A stretch of DNA of 64,000 nt, taken from the NCBI RefSeq assembly GCF_009834535.1, contig NC_045696.1, positions 102,364,001-102,428,000 of the forward strand, read 5' to 3'. Under the pieces are notes generated by a model. That model had not been told where the DNA came from. It did not search any database and saw only the letters and a list, made by a program, of their open reading frames with translations. The translations under genes were made by a program, and so were the position numbers. The stretch is from Camelus ferus (lineage: Eukaryota). Positions 1 through 10,710 of this stretch are shown here, in pieces; the first letter of the stretch is position 1; each line of letters starts with the position of its first letter.

Positions 1-260
1 ATTCCTCACCGCCAGGAGCACCTGGGTTGCAGGTGTCAAGCCCTGTACCTTTCCCTCCCTTGCTTCACGAAGACACAGATTGTGTGTGGAGCTCCCAAGA
101 GCAGCGTGCCAAGGCCAGCTGCAGGTACCACAGGAAGAGAGGACCCCAAGCAAGAGGCAGGTACCCCAGAACAGCTCCAGCAGCATAAGCTCAGAAGCCT
201 GATCTTTAGCTTGACCACTATTTTTTTCCTTTATTTATTTATTTATTTTTAAATTTTTAC

Positions 261-426
261 TCTTAGTCTGAAGTCCTCGGGCCTTCTCTGAACTGCAGTG
301 TTCAAAAGATGAACATTATGGTAATCGGTAATTGTACAAGCACTTTGCAAACATCAAGTGCTTCATAAAGTTGGAAAGATACTAAATTCAGTGACAGGTT
401 TATAGGCCCGAAGGCCCTCAGACTCA
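261..426 (-). pseudogene. Pseudo-exon, most 3' one recognised in the window
   Basis: Acceptor tatatctgcatag|, donor |gtaaaa. Reads ESEGLRAYKPVTEFS/CKVLVQ...IF*TLQFREGPR (cf. TTC41 VITPV(R)ES...HQVL...FWRVYQELPW). Confidence 0.5.
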
Positions 427-669
427 CTATGCAGATATAAACAAAGAATTTCATTACATTTTTATTATTTTTAAATTCTAGCTGATTTCCTGCTATATTC
501 AAGATTATGATGTGCACACAAGTCTCCTCTCAGTCTACAGATGTGCCCTATTGAGAAATCTTTCTCCCCCGATCTCTGGCACTCACAGTCTCACTCTTTT
601 GAAGATGATCCACTGTGAAGTGGAGGTACCCCAGTCCTCCATCTCTTAGCTCATTAAGAGTTCCTATCT

Positions 670-1072
670 TTGCATGACCTCACTTACACATGGAATCCAA
701 AAAAGTGAAACTCATAAAAGCATGGAGTGTAATGGTGATTAGCACCAGGGGCTGGGGACTGGGGGAACTGAGGAGGTGGTGGTCAAAGGGTACAAAGTTT
801 CAGCTATGCATGTGAGTAAGTTCTAGAAATCTAATTTACAGGATGGTGATGAGTTAATAATTGTACACTTGAAATGTGCTCAGAGAGTAAATGTTCTTAC
901 CACCAAAAAAAAAAAAAAAAATGGTAACTGTGTGAGGAGATGGATTTGTTACTTACCTTGCTCCTGGTAATCATTGCACAATGTATACATACATCAAAGC
1001 ATCACATTGTGCATCTTCAGTAGATACAATTTTTGCTTGTCAACTATACCTCAGTAAAGCTGGGGGAAAAAA
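670..1072 (+). mobile_element. Old L1 (L1MB/L1MC-like) 3' end
   Basis: Typical L1 3' UTR text (ctcacttacacatggaatc...ggtcaaagggtacaaagtttcag...tgtcaactatacctcagtaaagctgg) ending in an A-rich tail. Confidence 0.85.
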
Positions 1073-1279
1073 ATCCTTATTCTTGACTTTCCAGCAAGTA
1101 GAAGCTGGTGCTCTCCAGCTGAGGCCCTTCCTTCCTGGCCTAGCCATTGTGAGAACTGTTGGTGTTCCTGTTAGGACTACAGATAAAACCCCTGATGACC
1201 ACAGCTCTACTGCTAGCTCAGTCTTTTACAAATCTTTGACGGTGTTGTCTAGGCCATTTGAAAGGCCAGATTCAGTTTA

Positions 1280-1535
1280 AACCAGAGTTTTCCAAACTGC
1301 TGATCAGGACTCAGTAGTAGTTCTCAAAATCAATTTAGTGGGTTCCTAACCAGCACTTTGTAATAAAAGAAAGTAGACTAGAGAGAATATGATAGTGCAT
1401 AGCAGAATTAGAAGTAAATGCTATTTCATGAAACTTATTTCAGCTCTGCATGTGTGTGTGTGAGCGGATACTAGTTTATGATATAAAATGTGTATCTTAG
1501 TGGAGGTCATAATCAAAAAGGTTTAAAACCTTGAT
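1280..1535. mobile_element. Probable hAT-Charlie-type DNA transposon relic
   Basis: Charlie-like ends (cagagttttccaaact ... aaaaggtttaaaaccttg). Subfamily not determined. Confidence 0.45.
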
Positions 1536-2894
1536 TTATGTTGGCCTCAAGCCCTTATCCAGGAACTCTCAGGCCTTTTCACAGAACTGCTTTAAGTGCC
1601 AGGGGAGTTAGACAAGGAGCTGTCAGAGCTTAGGAATGAGAGAGCCATAAACTCATATGGGTTATTTTGAAAGAGTTCGTGGAGTTAGTGGATTTGAGCT
1701 GGATTTTGAGAAAAAGGCAGAACTTGACAAGGAGAAGCTGGAGGGGGCCAGAGGAAAGCCCAGATGTAGGAGAGAGAAGAGCCTCACAGGACTGTGGACA
1801 GAGGGAATTTGGAGACCTAGCTCCCAGGCCTGCCTCGGCCCCTCAGCCATGGAACCTCAGGTTCCAGGCTGGCTCAGAGCCAATATTTTCTAATCTGCAA
1901 AATGAATATAATCATATCTGCCCCACTTAGTAACTACAGTTTTCAAATAGAATAAGGTAAGTGAAACCGTTATGAAAACTAGGACTTACCAAGCAAACAC
2001 ACGGTATGCTTATTCAGTTTCTCCAGGCAAAGCAAAGGTCGCAAGTAAAGAAGAGAAAGTACCTGGGATAAAGTGAGGGCGGCAGCTTGGCACGCACGGG
2101 ACTGGCTGTTAGAGAGAAAGGGATTTGCTTAGGGAAATCTGGAAAGATTTTGAGTATCAGGTGAAGGTGTCTGGATTTGACGCAGTAGATAATGGGGAAT
2201 CAAATGATTTATAGACACAGGAGTGACGCAGAGTCTCGTTTTAGAAAGATTGATCTAACAGCATTGATTAGGGAGAAGTCACAAGGGCCAAAATGAAGGT
2301 AGTGGCAATGGGACCAAAAAGGAAAGGGGTAGGTGCTAGAAAACTCTGGCCCCAAATCCACAGAATCTGACACTGCCGTACTGGGGGTATCGGGGCTACA
2401 GAGAGGAAGCGCCCCGGGGGGCGCAGTTGTAAGGAGGTGGGGGCTGCAGGTCGCTGGGGGGTTCCAACCTTCTGCTTCTGCCAGTCACAGGAGTGGAAGG
2501 CAGGAGGACTACTCTCACGGGGAGAAGCCAAGGGGTTGGTTCCCCCAGGTGGACACCTGTTTATATGAACCTACTCTGTGTTCTTGCTGAGCCTGTTTTA
2601 TGGGACAGTCAGGCCACTCGTCCAGTCTTGCCTCACAAATGGAGTTCGCTAGACCTCTGAGTGAACTTGTTTTTTTCTCCAGAGCTGCTCTCTCACAGAG
2701 AGATATTCTGCAATTAATATTCTACTCAAAAGAAGGCAGAACACTTATTGTAGTATTTTGTGAAAACTCAGTCTCATTAACCTGTCTTCTATTTGTAGAC
2801 TTCACTTAAATTAACCCTCAGGTTAACTTATGTTATGAACACAGCCCTGATACCATATCCTACCAAGTCAAGTTCAAACTCCTTAGCCTGGAGC

Positions 2895-3145
2895 AACATG
2901 GAGGATGAGTCAAATAGCTAGGTTTAGGTCTTTGCCACTTACCGGCTGTGTGACACTGCAGAATCTACTCAAACTCTCTGAACCTTAATTTCCCCATCTA
3001 TAAAATGGTGATGATAATCATGATTAGGTATCATAACAATACCTATCTTTCAGGACTGTTGTAAGATTTGTAATGTTCGGCACACCTAGCATAGGGCCTA
3101 GGAAAAATAGGCCCTCAATAAAGGGCTGCTATTGTTATTACTATT
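2895..3145 (+). mobile_element. MIR SINE
   Basis: MIR core: tttgccacttaccggctgtgtgac...ctctgaaccttaatttccccatctataaaatgg. Confidence 0.85.
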
Positions 3146-3926
3146 CAAGAATATGGATTGATGTGTTCCACATTCCTTCCAGCCACACACTAGCTTTTCC
3201 CTAGTTCCGTGGGATGAGGTTTAACCCAGAGGGCCTTCCAGGGCTGACCTGGAAAAGGCTATTCCTGACCCTCTCCTCCCAGGTGAACATCTAGAAGGCC
3301 ATCTACAGGCTCTTTAGGCAAAATAACTTTGTTCCAGCTCAACAACAGTCCAAAAATGCCACCATGTCCCTCAGTAGGAGTAAGTGGACTATGTGTGTAC
3401 CCCTTGGGTTGCCCAGTAGCCGGGGGCACGGGGTTGGTGCTGTGGGAAGACTGGGTTCCCATGGCTGCAGGCAGCTGAGACCTGGGGCAGCTGGCTTCGT
3501 CCTGTCCCACGGTCAGGAGAATCCTTGGGGATCCCATCTGTCCATGACATAAACTACCTGTTTTTCTATCATAAAATATGATTGCAAGCAATTACATTCA
3601 AGCAATGATTTAAGTGAACAGAGTGTTCCTTATGAGAAAGTCAGACATTCACCAGCTAAACCAGAAATTACAGTCAAAGAGTATGCAGTTGGGTCCCAAA
3701 GGTCACAAAGCAGCAGGATTACAAGTCAGAAGTCCTGGTCTGGGACCCTAGCTTTGCTGGCCATGTGACTTGAGACAACCCCTCCCAGCCCCAGTCGTCC
3801 CATCTGTGAAGTGCCCTTTCCTGTTCTTTGACAAGGAGAACAACTCCCCCAACACACAACGCTCCTTACGTGAGTTTGGGAACCAGGGGCCTTGACAGCC
3901 CATGAGTCCCACACAGTATCCTCCAC

Positions 3927-4254
3927 ATTTTTAATAGGCTTAATAGGGTTGGAAATTCGAGCTCATTTTTCAGTCTTTCATGTCTATTTAATGCCTCCAA
4001 CCAATACCATGTTGCATAATGGAAGTGCTTAAATTCTTCTGTGAGAATTTGGCCCCCTAAAATCCACTTTTATGAAAAGGAGTGTATAGTCTCCCATGGT
4101 TTTGTGTGAAGAAAGTAAAGACATCCTTGGAATGTCTCTTGCACACCTGGAATCTATTTTCCAGAAATAGGGCACACTTGTCATGCTTTTATCCTTGCAA
4201 ACTCAACAAAATATAATATCCCATTTTGATGGCATGTAGTAAATAAAGTATTTT
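3927..4254 (-). pseudogene. Pseudo-exon, winged-helix-like region
   Basis: Acceptor gtcttag|, weak donor. Reads ...RLYTPFHKSGF*G/QILTEEFKHFHYATWYWLEALNRHERLKNELEFPTLLSLLK (cf. TTC41 LGY...WAAFRNATRQWVQE). Confidence 0.6.
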
Positions 4255-4380
4255 CTAAGACTCCCAGAAAGTAAATAATTGACCTATTAACTTCCTTTGA
4301 TTCAATCACAGGAAGCATACATGAAAATGAAAGAAATAAATGGAATAAAGTCCAATGAGCTACCATCAACAGTGGCTTAC

Positions 4381-4551
4381 GTTCTCATCCAGCTGCTGGC
4401 AAGACCCAATTTTACCCTATTTCTGATAGAAACAAAGGAGGAAATCTTGCATCACTTCTGACAAGTGATGAACTCATCGTTTTATGAATGCTCCTTAAAC
4501 TGTCACTTTACAAATATTTTTTTCTAACTGGATCCTCTTCATCATTTTCAT
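4381..4551 (-). pseudogene. Pseudo-exon (171 nt), post-NACHT helical region
   Basis: Splice sites ctgttttaag| and |gtaagc. Reads KKYL*SDSL/AFIKR*VHHLS (cf. TTC41 KEYLEAASI...LILKRWIEDYS). Confidence 0.65.
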
Positions 4552-4935
4552 CTTAAAACAGTTCTTTCAAGACAGAGTTAGAAATGGCTGCTCATTCACA
4601 GGGTACTTCTAAACTACATCTCAAGTATTTGGGAAAAGGGTGGAAAAGGTTATCATGTAAGTCTGGCTGTGGATGAGAGAGGGCAGGTGACAGCAGTGGT
4701 GGACTTCTCAGTTTAGCCCAGAGCAGGAGGCACTCCTCCCTCTTCACAGGTGGGGAAACTGAGGCTCACATAACAGGGACTAAAACCCAAGGTGTAGGAC
4801 ACCCCCATCCAGAGGTTTTTCCCTGTTTTGTGTTTTATTCCTCTGGACCAACTGGAAGGAGCTTCCCTTGTGGTTTCTGTTTTAGCCAAAAAGGTCTATA
4901 TTTTCTTGTAACAAATTCTCTTTGGAGAAATTTTG

Positions 4936-5057
4936 CGGGGGAGGGGGATAATTAGGTTTGTTTGTTTGTTTGTTTATTTAATAGAGGTACTGGGGATTGA
5001 ACCCAGAACCTTGTGCCTGCTAGGCATGCACTCTACCACTGACCTATACCCGCCCCA
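4936..5057 (-). mobile_element. tRNA-derived camelid SINE (Vic-1 type) with an 18-bp target-site duplication
   Basis: Reverse complement reads ggggcgggtataggtcagtggtagagtgcatgcctagc...gggttcaatccccagtacctc + (aaac)n + cctaattatccccc, with A and B boxes. TSD ctctttggag(a/g)aattttg at 4918-4935 and 5058-5075. Confidence 0.9.
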
Positions 5058-5224
5058 CTCTTTGGAGGAATTTTGAAGTTCACTTTTATTCCTTCACTAA
5101 TCTGTTTCCTTGAGTGATTTTCTTGATTTCGCCTTTTCTCCATCTCATCATTTCCATTTGTTAATGCAAACGAACAAAACCATTCCTCTCCTTTCCCATG
5201 CTACCATCTGATTAAACCATACAT

Positions 5225-5540
5225 ACAGCTGCTTCACTATTAAAGCCCAGGATGATTAGTTGCCACGCCTGTGAAAGTTCTCGAGCCAGTACATGGCCAA
5301 ATTCGGTGATGAAACACATCTTGGACGTTCCTTGCTGAGAAAAGTTTTATCCATTATCTGATAGGCTCACAGATTGGCACATTCTGGAATAATAGCAATT
5401 GCTCCAATATGTCTCCTACCAGGTCCAATTTCAGGTCCTTGGATTGTTAGATGCTTTTTGTTTATTTGAGGTTTAGTTTGTGAGAAGAAAATTCCGTTTC
5501 CTTTCATTTGCTGTTCCGGAATAACTAGTCATTTTCCCTT
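5225..5540 (-). pseudogene. Pseudo-exon, NACHT sensor region and GxP-like helical motif
   Basis: Acceptor poly-T cccag|, donor gtatgt or gtatgg at 5223/5227. Reads KGK*LVIPEQQMKGNGIFFSQT...CVSSPNLA/VLARELSQ, with one frameshift (cf. TTC41 LSPLKLTILANELKE). Confidence 0.65.
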
Positions 5541-5568
5541 CTGGGAAAAAAAAAAAATTAGACTTGAC

Positions 5569-5728
5569 CTTGGCCGTGATATTACTTATTATTTGGTGAA
5601 GGAAATTGACAACAGTCATCTGAAAAGTTTTGTGGAGATTGAATGCAGTGTTCTTTCTCATGATTTTTCTCTTGTTTTCTAATAATTAGGGCTTTCTTTC
5701 TTTCCTTTTTATTTTATCCAAAGGTTTT
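5569..5728 (-). pseudogene. Pseudo-exon with a degenerate Walker B
   Basis: Reads HSISTKL/MTVVNFLHQIISNITAK, a Walker B hhhhD(->N)xLxQ pattern (cf. IILDALDQL; TTC41 ASISLKPCILVLDGIEEL). Donor aag|gtcaag. The acceptor AG appears mutated, so the 5' boundary is approximate. Confidence 0.55.
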
Positions 5729-6299
5729 AATAAAAATAATATAATATTAAAAGCCCACATAGTGCAAAAAAAGAAATGAGACTAGTATGATTATTTTTAA
5801 GTATCTTTTTCACAACAAAAAATATCAACATTCTCTAACAATTAGCTCAGCATTCATTTTGCTGAGAATAGTGAGAAAATTAAATGAAATGAGGCTCCCC
5901 TTGGAGCAAAGTTATGCTTTCTATCCTCTTTCTGCATTTTTTCCCCTCATCTGGACTCCAGTTCTTTGTACACAGTGGTGTGCCTTTACCCTTAGCCAAA
6001 TGAAAAGAGAGCATTTTTCCACAAATTTATTATGCCGAGAGAGTTTTAACTGGCATGTAGGGAGAAACCCACATTCAGATAAGAACTTATACAAGTCTGA
6101 GCTTGTTCTTTGAAATATGTTTTGTCTCTGCTTAGACCTTCCTACAAATTTGTGGGAAGGGGAAGTAGTTAAAAATGGACTTAGTTCCCTTTTGTCCTTT
6201 AATCAAAAAGAAGTTCTTTATAGTCAGTGGCTTTAAATAATTATAACTTTAAACAAGACATAAGTTTTCCTTCTCCTATAGACAAGCTGTATTAAGGGG

Positions 6300-7630
6300 G
6301 ACATATGCCCAGATGGGACCCCACCCTGATGTGATAGGGACTCCAGTTGACTAAAGTCTATCCTTTCTCCACTCTTCTATTAACCTAGATTGGAATCCAT
6401 TCTCTATCATTTCAATAATTCTAGATTTATTTATCCATTATCCTTTTAGTACACCCATCTGGCTACACCCCAAGCAGTGATGAACCCAACTCTCTACTTT
6501 TGAAGAAAATCACATCTGAGTAGGTGAGCTGTTAGAGTTACACACCTGGGAAGACTGGTTCTCTTATAAACTACTGATCACCAATCTCAAATGGATCTGT
6601 ACTGCTCCACACATCCTACTTGACATCTCCCAATTTTTACCTTTAATTACTTTTTCAAGCCTGTATATGCTCTCCTCAAACTTCAACTCTCCCACTTTCC
6701 ATCTCACTCTCAATAAATGAGCCCACCTCATTTTACAGAGTAGAAGCCACTAGATGGGAGCTCCTCTCATCTATCAAACATGAAAATCAGCCTACTTACA
6801 CACTTTCTCTTTTTTGTTTTGTTGACCACTCCTCTCAACCGAATCCTTTGAAATGGCCTCTAAACACGCTTAAGTCTTAACCACTCAATACCAACCATGT
6901 AAATGAAAACTTCCGGTAGCCTTGCAACCCCTTCATCACTCATCTTCCCTTTTACAGTCAAAATTCTCAGAAAAATTGGCTGTAACTCACTGTCTCCATT
7001 TACTCTTCTTCTACTCAGCCCTCACCCCACCCAGTTCCGGCTTCCGTCTCAACCACTTCACTAAAGCAGTATGTTAGGTCAACATGACCATCGTATCTCT
7101 AGACCATACAGGTATTTTTCAGTTCTCTTCCGACGTGTCTTTTTAGCAGCATATGATACTGTCGACTATTCCCTTCTTGTAATGCTTTTTCCCTTGTCTT
7201 CCCTGACTCAACACTCCCTTTGAGTTTCCTCCCATCTCTCTGGCCAATCGTTTTCAGGCTCATCTTTCTTTGTCCATTAAATGCCGAAATTAATCATGAT
7301 TCTACCCAAGGTCCTCTTCTCTTCTCATTCTATTCTCTATCCTTAAGTGTCCATCCATACTCCTGGATTAAAATAACAGAGAAACAGAGATAAGTCACAA
7401 ATTTAAACCTCTGTCAAACTCCAGGTATCTAGATGCAACTGACTTGATGTCTCCACTTATATGCCTTAAACTCAGGAATCTCCTCTCCAGACCTAATCCA
7501 CGTTTAGTGTCCCTCTATTCTGTTATGCAGACAAAAAGCTCAAGCATTTTCCTGGATACTCTCCCCTTCATCCAGCTGTTATGCAAATCATCTCTCACCA
7601 GTTTTACTACCTTCAAAATTTACATTCAGG
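6300..7630 (+). mobile_element. L2 LINE fragment including RT remnants
   Basis: Degenerate L2/CR1-type RT motifs: SGFRLNHFTK (about 7036) and AAYDTVDYSLL (about 7147), followed by the pyrimidine-rich L2 3' body. Confidence 0.85.
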
Positions 7631-7972
7631 GTAGCTTAGAATGTTCTGATTGTTACTGTCTGGTTGAATGTTTTAAAAGAACTGCATAACATCTTTTTTT
7701 TTTTCCCTCCAACACACTGAAACAAGAAAGAATTATAAATGGGAAATGATGTAAGTGTAAAATACTGCACAGGGTCAAGTATTTTTTGAAAAACAAAAAA
7801 CAATTACATGTCAGGAAATACTGTTTTTTTAAAAAAGAAACAACATTAATAGTGGGCATCATTCTTGTCACCTTCTCAAGGTCAGAGTCACTAAACTACA
7901 CAGAACTGAGACACATAAAGGATACAAGCTACACCAAGAATTTCAAAAGGTCTAAATGGATTAATATCTCAC

Positions 7973-8103
7973 CTTCGTAGCTACATATTTCTTCCATTTG
8001 GTAGAGTTGTAAAACAGAATTTTAAAGTTAATTTTCTGATCATAAAAACTTGCAAATGGTCATCATCACCATATTGGATTTCTCGGGGGATCTGTGACTT
8101 GGC
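7973..8103 (-). pseudogene. Pseudo-exon, NTPase core after Walker A
   Basis: Strong splice sites ctcttttatag| and aag|gtgaga. Reads EKSNMVMMT.../FASFYDQKINF/SVLQLYQMEEICSYE (cf. TTC41 HPSMLLIPHFVG...SVIHYFITELQYRNYG). Confidence 0.62.
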
Positions 8104-8954
8104 CTATAAAAGAGATGTCTCTTAATATATTTTAAAATATTATCTTTACTTCTCAGCAGAAAGCACTGCAGAGTTGGAAGGAACATTTTACTCTGTTTTC
8201 TTTTGGTCTTGATCGTTTCTACACTAGTTAAAAAAAAATGATATATTCCTCTGCAAAGCCTCCTGAGAACATAGAACTAAATGCATCAGAGTATTGAATT
8301 GTTTGGGAAAATGAGATTTGCGTTTTTGCAAATAAACCCTCTACTTATATTGAAAGCTGAATATGCATAGGAGCTTTCCCAAATAATATGCCTCCCTCTG
8401 CCAAAATACAAAGCAACCTCCATCAGTTAATAATGAGCATGACTAATTATTAACCTGAACAACAGATGACATCAGAGAAAACCAGCATAAATTATCCCGA
8501 AATGAACTGTGAGTGAATCTGTCCACTTAATGAATCTAATTTACATGATTCTTCTCCCTGCTGTTCCCTTTGTAAATAATCTTTCATTTAAATAATTTTC
8601 AGCCCCAAAGCTAGAATCATCATTATTCTGGGAGTTATGTGGGTTTGATGGGTAAGCTATTCTTTCAGCCATAACTTGCAAGCTGTTCAGATCATTGATC
8701 ACTACACCTGGCTGTTAGTTTAGACTGTTTGTTGCTCAGACAGACGGCTCAGAACCTTCTTCAGAGCTCAGATCACAGAGAGAGACTAGTTAAATGGGAA
8801 CTCCTGGGAAGCAATGCTGGGTAAATAGCCTAGATAAAAATGTATCTCCTGTGTCATTTTTAAAGTATGGATAGGAGACAAAAGTATATTCCTTTTATAC
8901 ATAACCATGAGTCATCTTTGACACCATAGGAAGAATCAGTGGCAGTCACACCAC

Positions 8955-9122
8955 CTTTACAGCCCTCCAAGTTCCAGCGGACCCTTTAAATTCATCTGGG
9001 GGGGACACAACAGGGACTCCTGCAGTTTTCTCTCCAGAGCATTTTCTTGCCGGATCCAAGACCACATTATGAAGCCATGTCATTGATTTGATCGACTACC
9101 ACTTGTGACAGTTCTCTCTTAG
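8955..9122 (-). pseudogene. Pseudo-exon with a degenerate Walker A (P-loop)
   Basis: Acceptor aattttcaacag|, donor aag|gtggtg. Contains GSAGTWRA (8961-8984, three point changes from GSAGTGKT/S) and an alternative CGLGSGKKML (about 9037-9066). Confidence 0.58.
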
Positions 9123-9384
9123 CTGTTGAAAATTACTTTTTTCCCTCTTAACATCTTGCTGGAACATCTCATTCTGAAAATTGGCTTACTCTATTCCTTC
9201 ATTCCCAAACTTTGCCTAGAAAAGAATTTTTAAAATATGGCCTCCTATTTCTATCACTACGAAACAAAAATTCAAAAGAAATTTAATATTTCCTCTCACA
9301 CATGTGCTCGTGTGTGCATGATCACACAGAATTAGTCCTTTCCTAATAAGGAGGAGAAGACCAAGGAAAAAGAGCATCCCTCAC

Positions 9385-9512
9385 CTTTTTTGGTATTGAG
9401 CCTACCAGATGTGATGCACAGCAAATCATCTACTAAGGTCAAAACCATTATCTCCTCCTCTGGGTGTCAAAACTGCCCATATCAGTTATTTCAGTGAATA
9501 AAAGAATAAAGA
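9385..9512 (-). pseudogene. Pseudo-exon, linker before the NTPase domain
   Basis: Strong splice sites cctattttctag| and aag|gtgagg. The phase-1 frame reads FILLFTEITDMGSFDTQRRR*WF, loosely like the E...H..F...R linker that precedes NACHT domains. Confidence 0.55.
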
Positions 9513-9771
9513 CTAGAAAATAGGATAGTTGCAGATTTGAAAAACAGTAAAAGCGTCAGTGCTGTGGATGGCTATAATACCACTTGTATCATTACAGTCA
9601 TTTTTATATTACTAGCATCTGAGGATTTTATTATCTAGCATTTGAGGGTTGTTTTGACAATTTGTTCAAAGAGAGAGAAGACAGAAAGAAGGAACAGTCT
9701 TTTCACGAAGACAGACATGTTTATGTGTGTATGTCCCAGCTGGAACATAATGTAGACATAACCTCGCCTAC

Positions 9772-10487
9772 CCAAGTGATTAAACAGATCACCCAATAGG
9801 AATTTTTGCAGCTAATTTTCAGTTTGTTTGGGCTTTTGAAATAAGGTGATATGGGGTCCACAGGGATATGTGTCTACAAGCATTGCCCAATTTTAACAAC
9901 TTGCTCAAGTTAATCTTGACGAATCTAGTTTTTGGCAGCTGTTTGGTCCTGAAGGTTATTCTATTTGTGAATATCACTCTGGTGCCTACATGGATAACAG
10001 CACAGGGTGGCGTGTTTGAAATCTCGGGCAGTTCAATGATAAACGGGAATACATCCACAAAAGCTCTACAAGTGGCCTCCTGAGGAATCTCCCTCACCGA
10101 AAATCCTTAACCAAGCACTGGAGGCTCCCAATCTGGTCCCATCTCAGATGTACATTCTCAGATGCACCCATAAGCCCTCTCCTCCAAAAGGCCTGCACAA
10201 CAGAGGCACTAAAACCAGTGAAAACCATCCTAATCAAAGAAAACTACTTCCCACTCATAGCAAATGAATACTATCCTGAGATAAACCCAGAAAAAAGAAT
10301 TGATTGTATTCGATGTAAGTGCCAAAAGGCATTTGGGCAGAATTTTCAGCCTAAATGATGGTGGGAGGGATAGTCTTAAGAATTCCATTAAGGATTTCTT
10401 AAAGAACTTTCTTCAAACTAAGTACCCTTTTCCATTTTAATTATGATTCCGCTACGAACAAGAGTGATAAAGTTCAGATGATCCTAA
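9772..10487 (-). pseudogene. Large pseudo-exon, body of the DUF4062-like domain
   Basis: Acceptor ttttgtgcag|, donor |gtaggc. Frameshifted motifs: *DHL...KGT*F; LPKCL/TYIEYNQFFFLG/FISG*Y (cf. the CL..I....FIGLLG.RYG motif of TEP1/NWD/TTC41); KQLPKTRF; LEQVV/NWAMLVDTYP (cf. TTC41 KGLPVRF...LGELVFKDWSVVIEKLHP). Confidence 0.65.
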
Positions 10488-10586
10488 CTGCACAAAATAT
10501 GCAGAAATGAATAAAAAAAACCTTTTGTCCTGATGACTGATGAATTTCAACAAACTCCCTGTCTCTCTTCTTTACATTCCTCATAC

Positions 10587-10710
10587 CAACCCATTAGTAC
10601 TGTCATCTTAGGGTAAATGAAAGGGCGCCTGCAGACAGATTTTTGGACCTTAAGAGACTCTCTCCTGAGCGGAGATAAGATCTGGGCAGAAGACCTTTCC
10701 TGAGTATATT
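10587..10710 (-). pseudogene. Pseudo-exon, start of the DUF4062-like domain
   Basis: Acceptor tctgtatttcag|, donor |gtatga. Stop-free YTQERSSAQILSPLRRESLKVQKSVCRRPFIYPKMTVLMG. Spliced to the next exon it gives PFIYPKMTVLMGC*DHL, with the same spacing as TTC41 PYICST...EERDYL. Confidence 0.6.

Noticed and set aside
428..517. LRR-like IIILNIAGNQL followed by a gtgagt donor
   Set aside because: A single short match with no further LRRs. The same site serves as the acceptor region of the 261-426 pseudo-exon.
4985..5057. tRNA gene
   Set aside because: It is the head of a SINE with a tail and TSD, not a stand-alone tRNA.
8150..8218. 69-nt AG...GT segment as an extra exon
   Set aside because: It would leave a 46-nt intron and insert residues between Walker A and the next motif. 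No similarity recognised.
9385..9460. The minus-strand frame IMVLTLVDDLLCIT resembles reverse transcriptase/TERT motif C
   Set aside because: It is isolated, with no other RT motifs nearby, and the frame has several stops. The segment is better explained as an exon of the NACHT pseudogene in another frame.
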